This document shows positions 26,101 to 39,053 of a DNA stretch of 64,000 bases, piece by piece (the first letter of the stretch is position 1; every line of letters begins with the position of its first letter). Both the position numbers and the translations under genes were made by a program. This DNA is from Camelus dromedarius (taxonomy: Eukaryota): positions 21,206,001 to 21,270,000 of the forward strand of contig NC_087437.1 in the NCBI RefSeq assembly GCF_036321535.1. The letters are read 5' to 3'. The notes below the pieces were generated by a model. That model was not told where the DNA came from. It saw only the letters and a program-made list of their open reading frames with translations, and did no database searches.

Positions 26101-29100
26101 AGGAACAGAGCAAGGGTCAGCCTGGAACAAGAAGATAGGCAGGTGCTTGGTTACTAGAAATCCAGAAACCAAGATCAAGGCAGTGGCAGGAAAGAGCAAG
26201 ACCAACTCTATCCTGAGCCAGTGAATTTCCAGTGAGGGTTGGAACCTCCTGCCGCCCGCATCGTCCCAGGAGTGAGAGGCAGCACTGAACCTGCGGTGGG
26301 GGTGCGGGATGGGGTGGGGAAGAGTCAGGAGCCAAGGAAAAGCTCTAAGACGAATGAACTGCTTTCTCAGCACCTCAGCTAGCTGACAAACTACTGGTAT
26401 AAGAAAAAGACCTAATTCTCTCCTGAGTCTCAAAAGTGCTGAAATCTGGAAAAAAATTCTGAAGACAAAGTCTTGTGTTCAGTGCATGTAAACCCTCTTC
26501 CAACCTACAAGTTAACTTCAGAAATCAAAGCACATTCACTTTGGAAGTCTGGCTCATCCCAAAAGTCCAAAGTGCCTGCGGGATACCCCTTGACTAAGCC
26601 CCACTTACAAGGATTTGCAAGTAAACGCTTTGCCCTAACTTCCAAAATAAACTTTGAGGACCAGCTCTATTTCTAAATCTGGGAACACAAAAGGAAATTA
26701 ATCTCCATTGGGATTAGCCTGTTTGAAAGAACCCATCCCTCACAGCTCCGGTTAGTGAGCAGGAGCGGAAGCCCAGAAGCCAGGCTCCTGGGGGTGTCCT
26801 GCAGAGGAAGAGCGTGGGGCCAAGGTGGGAACTAAAGCTGCGATTGTTTCCTCCCAGCCAACGTGCGTTTGTTTTAGAAATAAGATCCTATCTTTCTAAT
26901 GTTCTGCCATTTTCTCCCTCAACAGCACCCAAAGGGCTTCCACTGAAATGTTGACTGCAGACATAGAGTCCAATCTTGGTGAGAGTCCAAGGACGTCTTA
27001 TTTTCTGCTATTTTGCCAAGTTGGATCAGCAGGTCTTTTTCTACTTTTCCATTTTCTCTCCCACTTTTCAAGTTCACTTTAGGTACAGCTGCCCCCCTAC
27101 AAGGGCATAGGAACAAGCCCCAAAGTCTACACTAGGAGGACCAGAGCATCCTGTCGAACATGAAAACCTGTCTTCCCCCTAGGAAAAAAAAATACAAATG
27201 GATCCTCAGGGTCCACAGATTTAGTGAGTAAAGAGACACAGAGTGAGAGCTGTGCTTAACACCAAGCCATGGTTGGTCCGGTAATCACCAGGGCCTCCCT
27301 CGTTTCATGACATCCTAGATGTGTAGCAACTTCATGCGGTTGTTTGAGTGCCTTGTAAATGGGGCAGGCACAGGTCAAAGCATGGTTGAAAACGTTTCAG
27401 TTGTACTTGTCTCTCATTTTCTGTGTTTTCCCAAAGGCTGCTTTCACAAAGGAACCTGGGGAGAGGCCTTAATCATCTGTTATCTCTCTTGTGTTTCCTA
27501 CTCAGCCAGCGGGACATCAGAAATAGAGGAACAATTCCTGTCCCTTCCTATGTTGTACACAACCCACAGGCCAGAGATGCTGTAGCCACCCCTCCCCTCA
27601 GTGTAGGTAAAGGGGTGGTCTCTCCCAAGAAGTAGAATGTGCTTATCTTTCCTTGGTCACTCAGAAAAGTAAGGCTCTGTTTCAAATGTCACTATCAAAT
27701 CATAGTATCATTATAAATCTTATATCCAGAAGTGGATTACTTATATATCTTAATGATCCTGTAGCCCAAAGGTTCTTAACCTGGGCCTGTGAATGGGCTG
27801 GGAGGAGTCTATTAACCCCCAAATTGTAAATACACAGCTGGAAGGTGTGTGTGGGTAGGGTATGTGGATGGTCGGGTAGCTATTTCTCTTTCTTTCCCAG
27901 AAACCCACAAATGTAAGGAACAAGCCCCCAAAAGAGGAGGTTCTTGGGAGAACAGTTTTCTTAACCTCATAATTCTGCCTCCAGTCTGAGCTCTAATTCT
28001 TGGTGCTTTCCCTTAAAAGGGAGCCTGGAAATGGAGTGAAGCAGAATGGTGTCAAGACCTCACATATAGGGAGCCCTGAAGAAATGTTAGTTGAGTGAAT
28101 CAGCGAAGACAAGAATGACTCTAGGTTGAAACATTAGGTTTTGGAGGCATTTAGATAGAAGGCTGTAGGCTTTATTGCCCCTTCCTAACACTATTCCAAA
28201 TTTCTGAACCTAGCTTTTGAAAGGGAGTGACCCCATCCCCAGGGCAAGCGTACACCCTCCTGGCCTTGACCCAATTGGCATATCCCATCCCCCTGGCCTT
28301 CATAGTTGGTTTAAGTCAACACAGCACCCAAGTCAGGGCAGTGGGGGAGCCAATGAGACAACACTGGGGGGTTTTATTTAAGCTGTTGAGGGTGATGAAT
28401 CTCTCTATTCTGCTGGATTTGAACCTGGAACTATGAAGACCCAGAAGCTTCTGGAAACTAACCCTAAAGTTATAGAACCAATAAATGAAAAGCAAGAATC
28501 CAGGATTTATTGAGTTCTTTTGGGCCCTGGGTTAAACCTTTTTCAAAGCTGGACTTTAAGCTAGGTTCACCTATAAATTTTCCTTATTGTCTAAGTCAAT
28601 TAGAGTTTACTTTCTGTTTCTTGCTAAGGAAAGATCATTAACTAATATAAGCTTATGTGATTTGCAGGAAGTTGAAACACAATATACATTTATGGGGATT
28701 TCCTAACTCCCAAACTGTCATTTAACCGAAAGATCATTCTCCTCATAATATCCTCAGCCAGGCAGAGTTATATCCTTGTACACAATACATTGGAGATAAT
28801 GAATTTGTGTAAAAGTAATTAAGCTATGGTCATACAGTAAGTTGGTTGCAACATAGTAAATTAGAATCAAGGAGCTTGAATTCTCATGTCCCTAGAGACA
28901 TTGTCGAATCTCTTAGGAAATAATGTTGTGATATTGCCTCAAGTGACATTTAAATTTTCCTTCATGTTCCTCTTAGATTATGACAGATAGTTCCTGCTTA
29001 AAGGAACACAGTCAATTCTCTGACACAATTATTTTCCACTAAGAACAAACCATCAAACTGAAAGGAAAAGAGATTGTTTAAATAATGTCAGTTGTCTGTT

Positions 29101-32067
29101 AATGCTATCAGATAATGCAACCCTGGCAACTAGAAAATTGGATTCAAGTTTTGAATTGTTCCAACTTTTCCCTAGAAGTTGTCTGGCAAACATGCCAGAA
29201 GACTACAGCTTATTTGAATAGGGGGAAATGAGTCCCAATCACTATTTGGAGACATCTTTGTTCAAATAAAGATAAAATATGGAAAGACAGGACCTACTAT
29301 TCTTTTAGCCCACACTTCCTTATTCATTGGACGATGCCCTAGACTTCAGGATATGGAAAGTATTTTGTTTACCATCCTTATTCCTGACCTCTGATGGGTA
29401 ACTTTTTTTTTTAATTTATAGAATTTCTGGAGAATCATGATTTTCCAGCTTTACAAAAGTCCACTTTAAATTACTTTCTTTAAAAAAAAAAAACCCTGAT
29501 ATTTTTGATGGTGAATTTCTGAGCTAAGAAAACAGTACAGGATAACATTTCCCTTCAACTTTCTTCCTTCAGATCTCTCCTCCAGAGACACTTGGCTTCT
29601 GTCAAATCCACCATCACTTTTACATTGTCTGAATTTATAACAATTATATTTTGTTCTGTGAATGGTTATTTGGTTGACTCTGAGTTTTGAAAGTCAATAA
29701 ACTGCAATTATACTATTTTGATCATGAACATAGTACTCATTGTAGAGCAAAATGCATCCATTAGACTAGAAAAAGTAAATCTATATCACTAGCACTGTGC
29801 TACTAGGAAGGATGCTCCAACATTGAGATTCTATAATTACGTTTTCAAAACTCCATGAATTGCTCAAAATAATACCACATTTTAGTTAGCTTTATACTTG
29901 GAACACAATTTTCTGCTCATTTTAATTGCTTTCCATTTTCCTTCTGAACAAAAGCAGCACATGCCTTCAACCACATGACTAAATATGTTCAGGATCTTAA
30001 TCCCAGTCTCTGTGGCCATGGAATCGACCTTCTGCTTGAAGACATTCTTCTGCCTTTGAAACCAGTTGCTCTCTTGACCTGCTGTACACTTGTCATTTTA
30101 GGCCTTCCCTTCATTGTACTCCTAGGTTAGGACCAGTGTTCCTTGCATCCCAGGTTTTTCTCTTTCTTGGATTCCTTTTTCTTTTCACTGGTCCATGCTT
30201 AATTGATGTTTGCATAACGGATTTGTGAGAGGTGGACTTTCGGAGTTCTGAACGTGTCTTCATTTTACCCTTAGAGCTGAGTGGTAGCTTAGCTGGGTGT
30301 GGGGTTCTGATGCTCAGAACTGCAGGCAGTGCTCTGCCGTCTGAGCACTGTTGCACTGAATACTGTTGATGAGAAGACTGGTGCCAGTCAGGTTTCTGTT
30401 TTGTTGTAGTTGACCTGTTATTTGTTCTCTGGAAGATTTTAGGATCCTCTCTTAGTATTTGATGTACTATAAAATCACAAGGTTATAGTTAAGTATGGGT
30501 CTATTTTTATTTATTTTGCTTGGCACTCACTCAGTAAGCTCTTTTGGTCTGAAGACGCCTATCTTCCCTTAACTCTCGGGAATTATCTTTTTCTCTGTAT
30601 TTCTCTCATTATTTTTCCCCTTGCATTTTCTTGTCTCCTTCTGGAAATATTAGTTGACTATTGTCCCTCCTGGACTGATCCTAGATAGTCTTTGAATTTT
30701 TAAAAATACAGTATTTCTTTTCTTTTGTCTTTTTGCTTTACACTCTGGGAGAGTCATTTGACCTTTTTTTTTTTTCAACTCTTACCTTGATTTTTAATTA
30801 AAGGAATTCATTATATTTTAATTTTTTGGTCTCAGATACACACACTTGTTCTTGTTTTATGGATACAATAGCATCTCAAATTTACCTAAGGTTACTAATT
30901 AGAATACAAGGAAATTATCTTATGTTTCCAGAGTTATCTGTTTCCTATTAGTCCAGCTTTTCTTAAAAAAAAAATGTTCTTCTGAAAACATTACATCTAT
31001 ACCTTCTTTTGGTTACTTTTCAACTAAGTGAACCAGAAAAATATGCAACAAGAAAATTACTTATCCTTTGCCCTCATTTTTAAAAAACATTCTATTCTGG
31101 AAAATTTCAAGGATGTACAAAGTAAACAAAGTATAATGAACTTCATGTACTCATCACCCAGCTTCAATAAATATTAACATTCTGCCATTCTTATTGTACC
31201 TATAACTCCACCCACTTCTGTAAATTTTTATAATCAAATTATTAATAATCTTTCTCATTGACTTGGTTATTTAAATTTATTTTTTAATTTTTCTCCCTTT
31301 TTTTCTATTTTTTGTTTTTATTTATTTTATTTTTTACTTTTTTCTAATTTATTTTTTATTTAGTAAATAAGCCTTTTAGATCGTAACACACACTTTTTCA
31401 TAAAACACCTAACACAGTGGATGCCAGTATTAAAAATCATAACCAAAACACTCCTACCATTTACAGACTATTTTCTATACCAGACACTGTGCCCATGCTT
31501 TACAAAAGCACTGTTTCATTTAATTTAAGATGATCAATAATGCAAGTGTCTGTCCTTTAACCTGCAAAGGATGTAGAGATGCTGTTTGTTAAAAGGATTA
31601 GTAAAAGCATTCAATATTAGAATCAATTTGTGGAAAAGGACATTTTCTGTGACGAGGAACATCTATTCACGACTGTGTTTCTCAGATACAATAAAATGCC
31701 AACACAATAATAGCTATTGCTTGTGGGAAAGGAAGGACTATTTCTAAGGAAAATTTAATATCTATTCTCTGAGAGACAATGGTCTTTCCGTGATTTAGTA
31801 CCACAATCATCATTATAACAGCAGGTTATAAATAAGATGCTGCTATGCAAATACTTTTTATCTGTATACATGATTCTAAACTTCAGGAAAAAATGAAGAG
31901 TTTTAGCAATTAAGCACCAAAATATCTTATTTATTCCCACAGAAAATAGAAAATGGATTCTGCCCACTGGATAGCATAGTCAACCAGTGGTCAACAACCA
32001 TTTCTCTCATTCTGCCCCATTCAGCTTTGTGAAGTTTCCCCAGAACTCTGTCATTCAGTATGGAGGC

Positions 32068-32298
32068 AGTACTGGGTGGTGGAGGAGAGATAGGCGTTGA
32101 ATCACTGTGCTGTTGTCTGATAACTTTTTGGCCATGGGCAAGTTACTTAATTTTCCTAACCTCAGTTTCCTCATTTACAAAATTAGGGAACACCTCTTTC
32201 TTAGGGTATTTGTAAAGATTAAGAAATAAATCATACTAAGCAAGTAGTCCAGGGCCTAGGACTTTTAAATATGTATAAATGATCATTGTCATTATTGC
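32068..32298 (+). mobile_element. MIR SINE
   Basis: GGGCAAGTTACTTAA...CCTCAGTTTCCTCATTTACAAAAT is the MIR core. Confidence 0.75.
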
Positions 32299-32329
32299 TG
32301 TGGGATTGATTCATAGGTATCCTCTACAG

Positions 32330-32522
32330 TAGGGTAGCTAGATTTAGCAAATGAAAAAAAAAACCAAGATATCCAGTTAAATTTGAATCTTAGATAAGAA
32401 TAATTCTTTTAGTGTAAGTATGTCTCAAATATTGCATGGAATATACTTACACTAAAAAAGTATCCATCACCTGTCTGAAATTCAAATTTAAGTGAGCATC
32501 CTGCATTTTATCTGGCAAAATA
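32330..32522. mobile_element. MER53-like palindromic MITE, near full length
   Basis: TAGGGTAGCTAGATTTAGCAAAT...CAGTTAAATTTGAAT...central hairpin...TCTGAAATTCAAATTTAA...TTTTATCTGGCAA. Confidence 0.85.
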
Positions 32523-34492
32523 ACTTCTCTTTTAAAAGGGAGACTTAGGCCTGGTAAAGTAAATCTGCAGGGAATAAAGCTGTGATTAAATTTGATATTG
32601 CATCTGCTCATACTTGTTAGGCCAATACCCACCAATACACTCAGTATTTTCTCTTCTAGGTAGTGCTCAAGTATGTATCAGAGAAACAAATAGTTCCCGT
32701 ATTTTGGATTAGAATGTAAACTTTTCCCCAGCCTGGAATCTGATGGATCAGTTACTATATTAAGCTGGGCATGAGTTTTGAAAATACTGAATTATACTTG
32801 CTTACAGAATTATTTGGAAAAGCACTACAAATGAAAGGCATATTAATGACCACTAAAAATATACAAACTACAAATACGTGACAGCATTCAATATCATTGA
32901 AACACTGTTTCATAATGTTCTTGTTTACCATGTTTTCTTTGTGTGTGCCAGGTAATTATTTCTCAAAATGTGCTTGTTATTAGCGCGCGCGCACGCACAC
33001 ACACGCAGTAAAGCCAATGGTTTTAGATTTTATTCTAGACTCTGTGTCTTTCCTCTTACCGAAACTAGAAAGCCTGTTATTAATTCTACCAATATTTCAC
33101 CTGTCCTCTAATCTGTAGTTAGATTTTTAATATGACAAAAATAGTTAACTAAATTCCATTCCTCAGTTCCCTTTCAACCTTATTTATGAACTAGAGAAAT
33201 GCATTCTAGTCTGCTTGCATGGTGTTTTGCTATTTCTAATACTATTTCCATGCCAAATCTTACAAAACGCTTCTGCAAATCCTTTGCTGTCACTGGCTCA
33301 ACAAAGTAACTAGATTTTGGTTATCATTCCCAAGGTCATAATTATAAACTTAGCTTTCCTACGTGCAGGGAAAAAAGTCACTTTATAATAATATATTTTT
33401 CTATCCCTTTTCCATTTGTAGGAGGCGTAATTCATAATTCCTTGCTATGATAAGCAAAGTAAGGAAACAAGAGAAATTCCAGAATTTCGTTATCCATTAA
33501 CTCCTTTAAAGCATTTGCAGGCTGTGTTTAAACTTTCAGATGGATTATAATGCAATGTTCCAAACAGTAAGATGTGGGCTACATTTCTTCATTCAGAATG
33601 TTTTATTTGCTAATAAAACAGAGGCAGTGCTTCATTTCATTTTTCTTAAAGAAAAAAAGAAAAAGAAAGAAAAGCACCTTCTGCCTAAACTCCTCTTTAA
33701 GTCATTTCATGCTGTCACAACAGTTTCAGAGCACTGCACTCTTCAGCTCCATCTCGTGTAGGAAAGCATCGACTGCACCCTCAGCTCCGACCTAGGGGAG
33801 CAAGCAATGCAGTGAAAAAGATGAAAAGTCGGGAAAATTACTTAGGCATCAACACTAAACGAGGAATTGATTTCCTGTAGATTAAGAGACCGAGTGGTAA
33901 AAAAAAAAAAGTTCTTACAGTTGACAGGAACCTCAGGAAAGCATGTAAATTGATTTCATTGATAAATTCAATTAAAGCTGGAGAAAATTATACTGCATTT
34001 ACTTAATACTGTCATATTTAGAATGAAATTCCTATTGACTCGGGAATCCTACGTAAATCCTTCAAAAGAGCCAAGTCAGGACATTCTCTAAGCAGCAGTC
34101 TGTAATACATCACACACGGGATACTACAGCTGACTCTCTTAGTCACGTCATAGAGCCCAGAGGAGAACGCCCGGAGACGGTTTGGGGAGAGGGTGGTGAA
34201 GTCCCCTCCTCGGTGAAGGCGACTTAGCGGACCCGAGTCGCTGCCGCGCACTCCTGGTCCCGCGCCGCCGCAGCCAAGGAACTGGGGGGGACTCCGGATC
34301 CCGGCTGCCCGAAGCGTCTCCCGAGTCCTCCTTCTGAAAAACCTGAGGATCAGGGACGCTCATCTTTTGCTTGTCATTGTCAATCTGCTTCTTATTAAGC
34401 CCTCATGGTTTTTAAAGTTGCTACGCGCAATTTTTGCTTCCTCTGGCCAGGGCCGAGAGAGCCCGGAGCGTCCCGGCCCCACCGGGTACCGC

Positions 34493-34626
34493 GGGGCGGA
34501 GCCGGGGCTGTGGGCGGGGCGTCTCGGCCGCGTAGGGCTGCGCCCCGCCGCGGGCGGGAGGCGGTAGCGGCGGCGGCGGCGCGGCCTGAACGGCGCGGGG
34601 ATTGGCTGCGGAGGGCGGAGACGTCA
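34493..34626 (+). promoter_or_regulatory. TATA-less proximal promoter: GC boxes, inverted CCAAT box, CRE/ATF-like site
   Basis: GGGGCGGAG 34493-34501; TGGGCGGGGC 34511-34520; ATTGG 34601-34605; GGGCGGAG 34613-34620; AGACGTCA 34619-34626. Motif matches only. Confidence 0.7.
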
Positions 34627-34831
34627 GGCTCCCGCGGCCTGAGCGGCCGCCCGGCTCGGCGCGGCGCGGCGCAGTCGGCTTTAGCGCTCACGGCAACCGG
34701 GAGGTCTCCTCTGCCATCCCGCCTTCCGCCGCCGTCGCCGGGCTGCGCCGCTCGAGCCGGGACGCGCCTCCGAGCTCCTCGCCGCCTCCACCCCCGCGGC
34801 CGCCGCTCCCCTCGCCGTCGGCACACACACC

Positions 34832-34940
34832 ATGACGAAGAAAGAGAAGAAGTCCTTCAACCAAAGCCTGGCCGAGTGGAAGCTCTTCATCTACAACCCG
34901 ACCACCGGAGAGTTCCTGGGGCGCACCGCCAAGAGCTGGG
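34832..34940 (+). CDS. ATP1B3: Na+/K+-ATPase subunit beta-3, coding exon 1 (109 nt, cytoplasmic N-terminus)
   Basis: ATG at 34832 in CACACCATGA context; translates [37 protein letters not shown], the recognisable beta-3 N-terminus; donor G|GTGAGC at 34941; inside a CpG island. Not present in this frame in the ORF track. Confidence 0.97.
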
Positions 34941-37900
34941 GTGAGCGGGAGGCTGTTGGGCGCCGGGGCCAGTCGCGGTCCTGGGGGACGCCGGGCGGGG
35001 TCTAGTGGGAAGGGAAAGGCGGGAGGCGGCTCCCCGCGCAGGGGCCCGGGAGCCGCCTCCGCCTCCGCCGCCCGTAGCGGTTTTCACCGTGGCCGCCGGG
35101 TTCGAAGACGGGCGGCGGCTGCAGCGGCGGCGGAGCAGGGCGACCCCATTCATTTCTCGAAAGGCCGGCGGGCGGGCGAGGGTGCGGGGCCCACTGGCAG
35201 CCCCCGCCGGGCCGCCCCGGTTCCTTCCTCCGTGCCGGGAGCGGGGCGCACGTGCTGCCCCGGCCTGCGGCGCCGGAAGCCGGGGACCGGGTCCCGGAGC
35301 CCAGTCCCGAGCGCGTGGGGGCCGTACGCCCGGCCTTCTTTGTACGGAGCGCGCCGGCCCGGAGAGGCCCTGGCGGAGGCGGCCGGCGGCGCCGAGCGGT
35401 TCGGGGAAGCCAGACCCTGCCCCACGCCCGCGGAGAGGAAATTTCCACTCCCGCCGCTATCTTGTGACTCGTCCGCGCTGCCGCCCCAGCTGGTCGGAAG
35501 AGCGCAAGTGAGGGTTAAGTGTGGGTGGGCATCGTGAGCGTGTTGAGCACACAAGTCCTCGGCACACGAAGATGCACTTGAATTTGAACAGTGAAAAGAG
35601 CTTTGAAAGGGTTGCTTTCTCCCTAATTCCTTTTTAATTACACTGGTTTTCTTCCTTACCAGCGTGCTTCATTGCGGGAAAGTAAATCTTGTCTGAATGG
35701 CACAGTTTTCTCCTGTGCCTTCAAAACGTGTGATGGTTGTATTAACAGTTTTTCTATGCATGAGTTCTTTGTTTTAAAAGAAATATTTAAACCATCCGCC
35801 AGTGCGGTGCTGCATTAGAATGACTCTTTTTTTGGAAAAATTATGTTACTGTCTGAATAAGGACTAGTGTTTTTTCTTCCCTTTATAGTTACGTAAACTG
35901 ATTTACTTTTTTTCTCCTCCCCTCCTTTTAAAAAAATATTTTGTTAGTTGGTCATGACAGACTTTTTTTTCCCCTGAGTGAGTAAATTTCTAGAGTGGAG
36001 AATTCTTTGGTCACGACATTTTCAAGAGGAGCATGAAGAGAGTAAATTAACTCTGACTTAGAAAATAAACTGTTGCTGCTGCCTGAAACCGGCTCCTCCT
36101 GAGTAGAAAGGCTGGTTAAAGTCCTATCACAAGCTGAAAAAGGCCTTGGAGGTTTTTTAGCCCAAACTCTGCTTGAGACGAGAAAAATGAGCCCCAGAGA
36201 GGTTGTGATTTTGCTTTGTGTAAAATTACATATTCCACAGCCAAGAAAAGAACCCAGTTGTCCTTTAATCCTAGTCCAGCGGTTGTATTATTTTACAGAT
36301 GCCTTGCCTAACTGCATGTTAATCACTCAACGATTTTTATTCAAATGACTGTCTTTGGGGAGCCCACTAGTGTGATGAGGAAATAAATCTTGCATCAGGA
36401 ATTAAATAGGGAAAAAATGGTAAACAATGATTATTGTTTCTAGAGTGTATTAACTTTTTGCTGAGGGAATTTTTTAGTGGTGGAGAGGGATTAGTTTGTG
36501 TATACTACCTTCCAAAGTGCCTTCTCATTTCCAGTAATAAGTATCTTCACTTTGTGTTAGAATGACATTTCTTAATGCGGGTTGTGCTCCTTTTCGAACC
36601 TTTGTATTGTATGCTGTTGAGGTAGGGGTTTTACTAGGTATGTGCATTTAACAGATAATGTGCACAAATGATCCAAGTATGAATCATTATATAAGGGCAG
36701 TAGAAGTAGTACAGGTCAGGTTGGGATTAGTTTTAGGAGGATTAAGGCAAGACCTTTTTTCCAAAATTGAAAATACCAACAAATAGTAAATGCCAGGGCT
36801 TATTGTAATAATAGCCAGTGCAGAATGGCATAAATAGATGAAAATTATCCATAACTCTATCCCAACATAAGGGCACACCTCCAAGGAAGTGCAGAGGAAT
36901 GGTGCATGGAGGTTGAAATCCATACTCAACTCACCGAGCTGTGTACCCTACAGGGTGAGGTCTGCCTGGACAAAGTGTATCTTCTTGTACTTCTCAGAAA
37001 GGCAGTATGTGGGCTAGCTGCCTGATCTCATCACCCCAAAGATGTCCAGGATTCCTATTTCGATATATGTCGAGGAAGACTTAAGAAATGTATATAATGC
37101 TAATTTTTTTTCTTTAACATAAAGGTCATAGAGTGAATGTTGCTTTATAATCTTCTGAGTATATTGTGGGCATTTTCCTACGTTAATAAAGGTCTATATC
37201 ACCATTTTAAAAAGCTGATTAGTATTCCATTATATGGTCAGATGGACTGGAAGTTTTTTTTTTAAACAAGTTTACTAATACGTGTACCTGATATATACAT
37301 GGGAGGTACCTGGGGTAATATGAGCAACTCCTGATTCTTTTTTTTTTAAACCAGTGCAGCATTGTATGTCCTGGTTTTTCCTCGTCCCATTTTCTTCATT
37401 CTTGTACATTTTTGCAAATTTATTTCCTTGACATATTTTTATTGGTGATATTTCTAGGTCGTGGATAATATATGGACCGATTGCATTTTGAAAACATGTT
37501 ACAGCCTTTTTTTTAAACCTCATTTGTGCAAAATGTTTTCTTTTAGTTGCTTTTGAAATTAATGTGGGTCTGGGTGGGGATTATTGTATATTTTTTGACC
37601 TTGATAAAGCTGCTGGGCCTGCCAGCATATAGAGAAAGGCTTTCTCTACCCACAGAGATTTTATAAAGATATTGATTTAAGATGTTTCCTGAAATTTATT
37701 TTTTTACATTCAAGTCTTTAGTACATTTGTCCCACTTAATCTGAGGTTCCTCTCCAAGTGCAATATGTATGTTAAAAACACATTTAAAAAGCAATTTTGC
37801 TGTTTACATTTGGGTTAAAGTGAAAATACTGTATGTTCCACCGCATCATCTTATTTAAAACAACTATGTAAAGATTTTGAGTAGCTTCTTGTATATTTGG

Positions 37901-39038
37901 CTAATACCTTACACTTGGTTACAGCAGTTTCAAAATGCTTACATATATGTACTTAACTCATTCGATTTTCACAACTTTCTAATGCACACTATGTAGATGA
38001 TCAAAGTGTACCTAAGAGCTGGCTTCTCAAGCTGAACAGTAAGGACACATCAGGAATAAGTAGTTGCCATTTATAAAAACAGAGGACAAAGAAAATTTAG
38101 CACCTTGTGACTGATGTTGCAAATATTAAACCTAAATGCATTATAAAGAATTAAGAGTGAAAGACAGCTTAGAGATTATCTAGTGTTTTTTAAACTATAA
38201 GGAGTGGACAATGTATTGCAATTAACAGTTAAAAAAATAATAAGGTAGAATAGTAAAAACATCAGTTTATTTTGCCTAAAGAAGTTTATCTTAAGGGGAA
38301 ATGTTCCATGAAACTTGTTTGTTTTGTATATTCATATACTCTGGTGTAAAATGTGTTTCTTACAGTAAAAAAAAAAAAAAAATCTCGAAAGTTACTAAAC
38401 TAGCCTTGTGCCCTGATTTGTTTGATAGGTGTAAAAATTGAACCCACAGATCTGATCTATCAAAGTTCACTCACTCAGTAATAGAATCCTTGGCCTTGAC
38501 TCCCTCTAAGGACAGAGCTTTTCTTTTCTTTTTAAACTATGTAATGACATGGTGTCATTTAGTGACATCCACTTGTGGGCTTCTTTGGCATTCATGATCT
38601 TCAAGGTTATCTGTTAATAGATATTTTATGTTAAAATTAACTGAAAACTCAAGTTACTGATTCCAAGCAGGGTCCAAATTCTGGACCAAAACTATTAACA
38701 TCTCCATTTTGTTCATGTGCTTTTCTTTTATTATAGATCCATGAAGTGCCATTATTTTCAGTCACCTGCTCCCTTTCTATGTCATGCCTCAGTAAATGCT
38801 TTGGAGATCAGACTCCATCCCATCTTAGGTGTTTGACTGTAGGCAAGAAGGCATATGTGTTTATTTTCGCAGTTTTGTAGGGTGTTCTTTGTCCTGTGGA
38901 GTGACGTTTTAGAGAAACTTTACAAAAATTTGCGCTGTTGAGAAAGTAACAGGACGTGCCTTACCCCGTGTGCAGGCTGTAAGTGAAGGTCAGTGGTGGG
39001 TGTGGCCCGGCAGCTGCAGAGGCTCACTGAGCCACCAC

Positions 39039-39053
39039 CCAGCAGGGGGCAGC
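39039..39053 (+). promoter_or_regulatory. Candidate CTCF site in intron 1
   Basis: CCAGCAGGGGGCAGC matches the core consensus CCASYAGRKGGCRS without mismatch. Confidence 0.55.

Larger units (their letters stand above)
34130..35560. promoter_or_regulatory. CpG island covering the ATP1B3 promoter, exon 1 and the start of intron 1
   Basis: Abrupt shift from AT-rich, CpG-poor sequence to very GC-rich sequence with dense CpG. Confidence 0.95.

Noticed and set aside
1..34000. Exons of the expected upstream neighbour (GRK7 in human synteny, from memory) or a processed pseudogene
   Set aside because: No kinase-like or otherwise recognisable coding segment was seen.
34395..35554. Long overlapping ORFs (134-198 aa) on both strands
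   Set aside because: Arg/Gly/Pro/Ala-rich products of stop-codon scarcity in the CpG island; none is in the ATP1B3 exon 1 frame.
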